Of a DNA stretch of 64,000 bases, positions 1 to 7,400 are shown piece after piece (position 1 is the stretch's first letter; every line of letters begins with the position of its first letter). A program made the translations under genes and the position numbers. The DNA comes from Planctomycetota bacterium (GTDB taxonomy: Bacteria; Planctomycetota; UBA11346), in the NCBI GenBank assembly GCA_038231435.1, contig JBBRLJ010000016.1, positions 1 to 64,000 on the forward strand, read 5' to 3'. Under the pieces are notes generated by a model that saw nothing but the letters and a program-made list of their open reading frames with translations, searched no databases and had not been told where the DNA came from.

Positions 1-2758
1 ATCGGCGGGCAATACGGTGACGGTGCACTTCGCGAGCAACGACCCCGCAGGTGTGGTGTCGACTCCTGACCGCGTGTTCGACTCGACGACATGGAACATT
101 CCGCAGACGGTGACGGTGGTTGGCCAGCCGAGCCTGGTGAACGGCGATGTGGCGTACCAGATCCTCAGCACGATCGCGGCGACGAACGAGCCGACCTACC
201 CGATGGCGCTGGCACTGCCCTCGGTGGGCGTGACGAACAAGGATGCGCTGATCCAGGTGAGCACGAATAACGTGCTGGTGACCGAGAACGGTGCGGGCTC
301 GAGCTACACAGTGCGCCTATCGCAGCCGGTAGTGGGCGCCGGCGTGGTCACAGTCTCGATGCTGTCGGCCGACACCACCCAGCTCACGGTGTCGCCGACC
401 TCCCTGAGCTTCGATTCGACCAACTGGAACGCCCCGCAGGTCGTTAGCGTATCCGCTCCTAAGGACGACATCGATCAAGGCGGACACACTCTCGGCATCA
501 CGCTGAGCTCATCAGGCGGTGGATATGGCCAGGTGCCGACAGTGTCGGTCCTCGCTACCATCACCGACTCCGACACCGCGAACATCGTGGTCGCCCCGCT
601 CTCTGGCCTGAACACCACCGAGGCCGGGGGCACGGATACCTTCACCGTCAAGCTCGGCAGCAAGCCAACCAACACGGTGGTGCTCGACATCGCCAGCAGC
701 AGCCCCAAGGGCACGGTCAGTTCTCCGACCCTGACCTTCACGCCGGGCAACTGGTTCACCGCGCAGACCGTGACTGTCACGGGTCAGCCCGACGCGATCC
801 CGATCGTGCAGGGCAACGTGCCCTATCAGATCAACGTCACGGTGGACCAGCCCCTGACGCTCGATGGGCTCTACGACACGAAACCTGCCCAGGCGGTATC
901 CGTCACCAGCCACGATGTCGATGTCGCTGGCGTGACCTTCGCCCTGATCTCGCCGACGGCCACGACCACTGAAGGGCTTGGCGCTGGCCACTCGGTGACC
1001 TTCGACGCGACGCTCGCGAGCCAGCCGACCGGCAATGTCACGGTGACCTTCGCAACCGACAACGCTCTCAAGGGAACGGTGACCGCTGGCGGCAGCGTCA
1101 CCTTCACTCCGGGTGGCTGGAACTCCACGCACTCGGTGACGATCACCGGCGTCGACAACTTCATCGAGGACGGCAGCATCATCTACCATCTGGTGGCCAC
1201 CGTCACCAACAACGGTGGCGACGCGAACTACGCCGTGGGCCCGATCTCCTCGACCGTCATCACCAGCCTCGACGACCTGTTGCCGGTCGCGGTGGTCAAT
1301 CCGGCCGGGCTGACGCTGTTCCGCAACACCAGCGCCGACATCGACACCACGCTGATCTCCGGCACTGATGCCGAGACCCCGACTCCGCTGACCTTCACCG
1401 TCAAGCTGGTGCCTGGGCAGGGTACGCTGCTCAAGCATATGATGGTCGGAGACGCTGGAACGGCGCTGGCGCTGAACGACACCTTCACGCTGGCGGATCT
1501 GACGCCAAACCATCCCGATCCCGCATCGACGGTGTTGGTGCCGTTGCCGCCACGGTCATTGATCACCTACCAGCACAACAACGGCACCAGCGCCACGGAC
1601 GGCTTCGCCTTCACCATCACGGATTCCGACGGTGGCATCAGCGCGCTCGCGGTGTTCAGCATCCACATCACCCTCGGCCAGCTGCCGCCCGTGATCACGC
1701 TCCCCGGCGGCCCGGTGACCTATGCCGAGCTGACGGCCCCCACCGTGATCGATGGCGGCGCGACCCAGAACGATCCGGACAATCTGAATTTCAACTTCGG
1801 CATCCTGACGGTCACGCTCTCGGGCCAGGCCGTCAACGATGTCGCCCACGACGTCATCGGCATCCGCCTGCTGGCGCCGATCGGGGTTGTGGGTACCTCG
1901 GTCGAGTTCAACGGCATCCCGTTCGGCACCATCTCGTCCGACGGCATCGGCCAGCCGCTGATCGTGAACCTCAATGCGAACGCCACCAACGGCGCGCTCC
2001 AGGCCTTGATCCGGAGCCTGACGTTCTCGAACAACTCGACATTCCCGTCCGCCAACTCGCGGACGATGAGCGTCGTGCTCGATGACGGCACCACCGGCAT
2101 CAGCGTGCCCGCCACCAAGCAGATCGACGTCACCCCCGTGCACGACGCGCCGCTGGTCATCGGCACCACGGTCTTCACCGCCCAGGACGTGTCGGTCACG
2201 GGCACCGTCACCCCGTCGAGTCCCGACCTGATCTCGCCGCTGATCGTCTCGGTAGCCAGCCCATCGGTGAAGGGCACGGTGACGATCACCAACGCCGCCA
2301 CCGGCGCCTTCCTGTACACGCCGTTCCCGGGCCAGTCCGGAACCGACACCTTCACGGTCGTGGTCGCCGACGGTGTCGCTCCGGGATTCCTGGTGTCGGC
2401 GCCAGCGACGGTGACCGTGATCATCACCGGCGGATCGGATCTCAGGCCCTGGGCGGCTTCGGATGCGCCGTTGGAGGTGCTGGCCGGCACCTTCCTCAGC
2501 TACACGGTCGACATCGACGTGTCGGACCTGCCCGCGCCGCCGAACCTGACCTTCTCGCTGCTCGGCAACGTGCCGGCGGGCATGTTCATCAATCCCATCC
2601 CGGGCACCAACACGGCGATCATCATCTGGACCGCGGTCACCATCCCGGGCACGGACTACGTCGACATCGGCGTGCTGGTGAAGGACTCGGTCAGCAGTTC
2701 CGCCGGCTTCCAGAAGCTGCTCATCAAGATCGTGCCCTTCCCGGGCGGAGGTGGATGA
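1..2758 (+). CDS. Large surface adhesin-like protein, 5'-truncated (Calx-beta/Ig-like repeats, cadherin/CSPG-like repeat, Big_9-like domain)
   Basis: Frame is open from the window edge. T/V-rich beta protein with four F-x(3-4)-W-N-x-x-Q-T-V-T-V-x-G repeats, then ITYQHNNGTSATDGFAFTITD (CSPG/cadherin-like) and GAFLYTPFPGQSGTDTFTVVVADG (Big_9-like). Confidence 0.8.
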   Translation, partial: SAGNTVTVHFASNDPAGVVSTPDRVFDSTTWNIPQTVTVVGQPSLVNGDVAYQILSTIAATNEPTYPMALALPSVGVTNKDALIQVSTNNVLVTENGAGSSYTVRLSQPVVGAGVVTVSMLSADTTQLTVSPTSLSFDSTNWNAPQVVSVSAPKDDIDQGGHTLGITLSSSGGGYGQVPTVSVLATITDSDTANIVVAPLSGLNTTEAGGTDTFTVKLGSKPTNTVVLDIASSSPKGTVSSPTLTFTPGNWFTAQTVTVTGQPDAIPIVQGNVPYQINVTVDQPLTLDGLYDTKPAQAVSVTSHDVDVAGVTFALISPTATTTEGLGAGHSVTFDATLASQPTGNVTVTFATDNALKGTVTAGGSVTFTPGGWNSTHSVTITGVDNFIEDGSIIYHLVATVTNNGGDANYAVGPISSTVITSLDDLLPVAVVNPAGLTLFRNTSADIDTTLISGTDAETPTPLTFTVKLVPGQGTLLKHMMVGDAGTALALNDTFTLADLTPNHPDPASTVLVPLPPRSLITYQHNNGTSATDGFAFTITDSDGGISALAVFSIHITLGQLPPVITLPGGPVTYAELTAPTVIDGGATQNDPDNLNFNFGILTVTLSGQAVNDVAHDVIGIRLLAPIGVVGTSVEFNGIPFGTISSDGIGQPLIVNLNANATNGALQALIRSLTFSNNSTFPSANSRTMSVVLDDGTTGISVPATKQIDVTPVHDAPLVIGTTVFTAQDVSVTGTVTPSSPDLISPLIVSVASPSVKGTVTITNAATGAFLYTPFPGQSGTDTFTVVVADGVAPGFLVSAPATVTVIITGGSDLRPWAASDAPLEVLAGTFLSYTVDIDVSDLPAPPNLTFSLLGNVPAGMFINPIPGTNTAIIIWTAVTIPGTDYVDIGVLVKDSVSSSAGFQKLLIKIVPFPGGGG

Positions 2759-2811
2759 TGGAAACGCGCACGCCCAGAAAGCCGAACATGCAGCCCAACA
2801 GGCAGCCCATC

Positions 2812-3684
2812 ATGCAGAAGAAGACTCTGATCTCCGCCACGCTCGCCACCGTGATCGCCGTGGCCGCCCTCGGTGGAACCGGCTGCGGCGGGCCTGGTGG
2901 CGGAACCCAGACCAGCGGCCTGCTCCAGGACGTCAGCATCGTCCTGGCGCAGTATCTGGTGCTCGATCTCGGCAGCGGGAAGATCGATGCCCGCTCGGAT
3001 GTCCCAGACCTCGCAACCAACGCTGAGTACCGCCGGACCAAGATGGTATTCAAGGCGATCAGCGCGGGATCGAGCACTTCCGGCCAAGCGGGCGGATCCT
3101 TCTGCGCGCAAGCAGACGAATCACCGAGCGCCAACTCGGTGTCGAAGTACTACATCGCGGTGTACGAGACCACCCAGGCCCAGTGGCAGCTGGTGACCGG
3201 CACGACCCCGTGGGTCAACGTGGTGCCGGCGAGCGTCGTGGGCGGGGTCATCAACGATCCGGATTCGCCCGCCTTCAACATCACCTACAATGCGGCCACC
3301 CAGGCACTGGCGGTCGCCTCGGGCGCTCTGCACACAAAACTCGACCTGCCCACGGACGGCCAGTGGGAGCACGCCTGCCGCGCCGGCGGCGCTGGTCACT
3401 TCTCGTGGGGTTCTAACCATACCGATACGGTTGCCGCCAACTTCGCGCTGGTGGCCGAGACCTCGGGCAACCACGTTGGACCTGATCCGGTCGGCACATT
3501 CGCTCCGAACGCCTTCGGCCTGTACGACATGCACGGGAACGTCTGGGAGATGACCAAAGGCAACACCATCCGTGGCGGATCGTGGAGCGACACCCTGGCC
3601 CAGGCGCGTACCGCCAACAAGTCGTCCATCGATCCCCGCACCGCCCATGCGCTCGTCGGGATGAGGCTCGTGCTGATCCCATGA
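2812..3684 (+). CDS. FGE-sulfatase (SUMF1/EgtB/PvdO-fold) domain lipoprotein
   Basis: Signal peptide ending ALGGTGC; motifs YETTQAQW, LPTDGQWEHACRAG, PNAFGLYDMHGNVWE, RGGSW, GMRLV. Start could alternatively be 2755 or 2788. Confidence 0.85.
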   Translation: MQKKTLISATLATVIAVAALGGTGCGGPGGGTQTSGLLQDVSIVLAQYLVLDLGSGKIDARSDVPDLATNAEYRRTKMVFKAISAGSSTSGQAGGSFCAQADESPSANSVSKYYIAVYETTQAQWQLVTGTTPWVNVVPASVVGGVINDPDSPAFNITYNAATQALAVASGALHTKLDLPTDGQWEHACRAGGAGHFSWGSNHTDTVAANFALVAETSGNHVGPDPVGTFAPNAFGLYDMHGNVWEMTKGNTIRGGSWSDTLAQARTANKSSIDPRTAHALVGMRLVLIP

Positions 3685-3767
3685 GCCGACGCCGTCCATC
3701 ATCCGTGCGGGCTCCCGTGACCGTCAAAAAGGTTTCGCTCCCCGTGCGGCGCCAGACCATCGCGGCG

Positions 3768-4418
3768 ATGAACCGATCATCGCGCGGCGTGCCCACCATC
3801 CTCATTCCATTGCTGCTGTCGGCTCCATTGGGCGCTGCCGAGCTGGTAGTCAGGGATCTCTCGGCCGGCATCGAGCTGCTGCCGACCGGATTCACCTACA
3901 CGCTCACCGATCCCACGGGCTCCCGCACCGGACAGGATTCGTTCTCCTCCGGCTACGGCGCCTTCGTCGGCAGCGTGTGGTCGATCGCTGGGCCCGGCGA
4001 CAGCAGTGGCTTCCTGCTTGGCGGCGATCTCACCTATGCCACCTACGCCTACACCAATGGCGGCGCATATACCACCTACGGCGGACGGTTGCTCGGCGGC
4101 TACGCCTATGCGATCTCGGATCGCTGGACGCTTTCCGCGGTGGTCGACGCGGGAGCTGGCTCAGGGACGTTCAACATCGTCGGAACTTCGGCCTTCAAGA
4201 ACTATACGGCCAATGGCCTGTACTATTCGTATGCTGCCCGCCTCGGCGCGTCCTTCGCGGTGAACGATTCGCTGCTGGTCGACGTCGATGCGGGTTATCG
4301 CAATACCCAAAGCAACCTCAGCGCCGGCGGGACCGATCTGACCCTCACCGGCACGGGCATCTGCGCCGCGATCGGATTCAGGTATCGCTTCTCGAGTTCT
4401 CCGTCGCCTCTCGAGTGA
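3768..4418 (+). CDS. Putative small outer-membrane beta-barrel protein
   Basis: Signal peptide, alternating G/Y/aromatic amphipathic strands, last strand AIGFRYRF. Confidence 0.7.
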   Translation: MNRSSRGVPTILIPLLLSAPLGAAELVVRDLSAGIELLPTGFTYTLTDPTGSRTGQDSFSSGYGAFVGSVWSIAGPGDSSGFLLGGDLTYATYAYTNGGAYTTYGGRLLGGYAYAISDRWTLSAVVDAGAGSGTFNIVGTSAFKNYTANGLYYSYAARLGASFAVNDSLLVDVDAGYRNTQSNLSAGGTDLTLTGTGICAAIGFRYRFSSSPSPLE

Positions 4419-4439
4419 CCCCGTCCCCAGCACTGGAAC

Positions 4440-7400
4440 ATGGCCATGTCTGACAGCAAGAAACCTGATGAGCAGCCGGCGAAGAAGTCGGAATCCGCCG
4501 ACGCCAGCCGGGAGAACGGCAAAGAGACCAAGGTCACGCGCAAGACCCTGTCGTCGGATCCGACGATGCCGATCAAGCTCGACCGCTCGATGTTCAAGAA
4601 GCCGCTGCCGGGCAAGCCGAATCCAGCTGCCACCGCGCCGACCGAACCTGGCGTGCCGGTGCTCAAGGATGAAACCGCTCCTGCCGCGAAATCCAATGCG
4701 ACGACCGGGGTGAAATCGGACGGCAAGTCCGCGAAGACCCAGAGCGGCGACGAGTGGCTCGGCACGGAGCAGACCATGGTCGGCTTGCCGAAGCCGACGA
4801 CCACCAAGATCAAGATCGCATCGATGGACGAGGGCGAGGACTGGCTCGGGCGCGAAGCCACCATGATGCCGACCTCTCGGCCATCCGCCGATGCCGCCGC
4901 CGAGGCGAAAGCCAAGGACAAGGCCGCCGAGGAATGGCTCGGCAACGAGTCGACGATGGTCGGCATGCCGGCCCCGAAGATGACTCCTCCCGGCGGAGCG
5001 GCGGGCGCGGACGAGGAATGGGTGGGACGCGAGGCCACCATGCTCGGCATGCAGGCCGGCGGCGGCGACCTGTCGATCGAGACTCCGGCGGACAAGAAGC
5101 AGGGCTCGACCACTAGCGGCTCGCGCACCGGCTCCGGCACGCGCGGGACCAGCCCGGCCATGGATGACGGTTGGCATCTCAAGGGCAAGCAAGGCCCGCT
5201 GACCGGCAAATCCCTCAACGATTACGAGATCGGCGGCATCCTCGGCCAAGGCGGCATGGGTACCGTCTACCGCGCGCGCCAGATCAGCCTGAAGCGTCGC
5301 GTCGCGCTCAAGGTGCTGCCGCCGCACCTGTCGCACGACCCGAATCTGCGTTCGCGTTTCGAGCAGGAGGCGCGTACCGCCTCGCTCTTGAATACCCCGC
5401 ACGTGGTGCAGGTGTTCGCCGCCGGATGCCAGGGCGACGAAGTGTACTTCGTCATGGAGTACGTCGAAGGCACCGACCTCTCCGAGATCATCAACGAGAA
5501 GAAGGCTCGCAACGAGAAGATGACCGCGGAGGAATCCGCCGGCTACATCCTCCAGGCCGCGCGCGGCCTGGCCGAGGCGGGCAAGCACAACATCGTGCAT
5601 CGCGACATCAAGCCACCCAACCTCATGGTGACCACCAAGGGCGTGGTCAAGATCGCCGACTTCGGCATCTCGAAGGTCACCGGCGAGCAGGGCATGACCA
5701 TGACCGGCACCGCCGTCGGCACGCCGGCGTACTGCAGCCCGGAGCAGGGCCGCGGCGACCTCGTCGACTGCCGGGCGGACATCTATTCCCTGGGCGTGGT
5801 GTTCTTCGAGCTGCTGACCGGCCAGAAGCCGTTCGACGGCACCACCGCGAACGCCCTCATCTACCAGCACAACTACGCCGAGCCGCCGCTGCCGACCTCG
5901 ATCGATGCCTCGATCTCAGAGCAGTACCAGGCCGTGGTGATGAAGTGCCTGCAGAAGGATCCGGCCAAGCGCTACCAGGACGCCGCCGAACTGGTCACCG
6001 ATCTCGAGCGCATCCGCGACGGCAGCATGTCGTTGACGGCGGTGTTCTCGGCCAAATTCGGCACTGGCGCCGACGAGGCGATGTCGCGCTACCTGGGCGT
6101 GAAGAAACGCCGCATGTGGCCGCTGGTCGCGGCGAGCCTGCTGGTCCTCGGCGGCGGCGGCGGCGGATACTACTATTACAGCGAGCTGCAGGAGAAGCGC
6201 CACGTCGACCGCGCGGAGCTCGACCTGGTCACGCGCATGCTCTCGCCCCTGAATCTTGCGGCCCCGGTGCCGGCGAGCGCAGACGGCGATCTGAAGAAAC
6301 TCGCCCGTCTCAAGGGAGAGAAGGACGCGGACGTCATCCGTTACACCGTGAAGCTCAAGAAGGTGCGCGATCTGCAGGCACGCCTCGCGCGACTCGACGC
6401 GGTCGACACGGTCCCCGCCGCCCTGCGTTCCGAGAGTGAGAAGGACCTCGACGGCTACCAGGATCTGGTGGGCACCAAGGGTGCGGACATCGCGCGCTGG
6501 GGCCTGAAGCTCGAGGCAGCCCGCGCCGACGCCGCGCAGCTGCGCACGACCCTCGCCGAAATCGATTCCGCCGCCTACCTCACCGTCGCGATGCGTGAAC
6601 GCCTCGACCCAGGTCTGACCAGGCTCAAGGCCCTGGTCGGCGAAGGCGACGGCGATGTCCAGCGTTGGACGACCAAGTTTGCGGATTTCCAAGAACGGCT
6701 GACGAAGCTCAAGGCGTCGCTGGCGGCGCTCGACGCGCCCGACGCGGTGATCGGCGAGGCCCAGGTCGCACGCCTGGCGTCCGAGCTCGAGTCATTGCGG
6801 CTCGCGACCGGCGGTAGCGACGCCGACGCCCAGCGCTGGCAGGACAAGCTCGCCCAGGCGGGCGAGCGCATCGCGCGCCTGCGCAAGAGCCTGACGCGTC
6901 TCGATGGCGGCGGGGATTACGTGACCACCGCGCTGCATGTCGCGCTCGGGGCCGATCTCGACGAGTACAAGGGCCTGGTGGATGCAGGGGATCCCGAGCT
7001 CAAACGCTGGCTCACGCGCGTGCACGACTCGGTGGAATATGTGAAGCAGCTGCGCGTGCAGCTCGCTCCCCTCGATCAGCCGGAAGCGCTGATGGTGTCG
7101 GATCACCCGATCTACCAGTCGCAGCTCGAGCGGCTGCGCGTTGTCGTGGGCGAGGACGACGGCCAGGTCAAGTCCTGGACGCGCAAGCTCGGAGGCGCGA
7201 AGGATTTCGTCAGCGGCCTGCGCGTGACGCTGGCGCGGCTCGAGAAGGACGAGCCGCTCAAGGTCGAGGAGCAGGACGCGTGCGAGAAGGCTCTGGCGAG
7301 CCTCGACGCGATCGGCGGCCTGTCGAGCGATCAGAAGCGCTTCTACGCCCGCCGCCTGGGCGAAGAGCGGCAGCGCGTGAAGGAGCTGCGCGACGACTTG

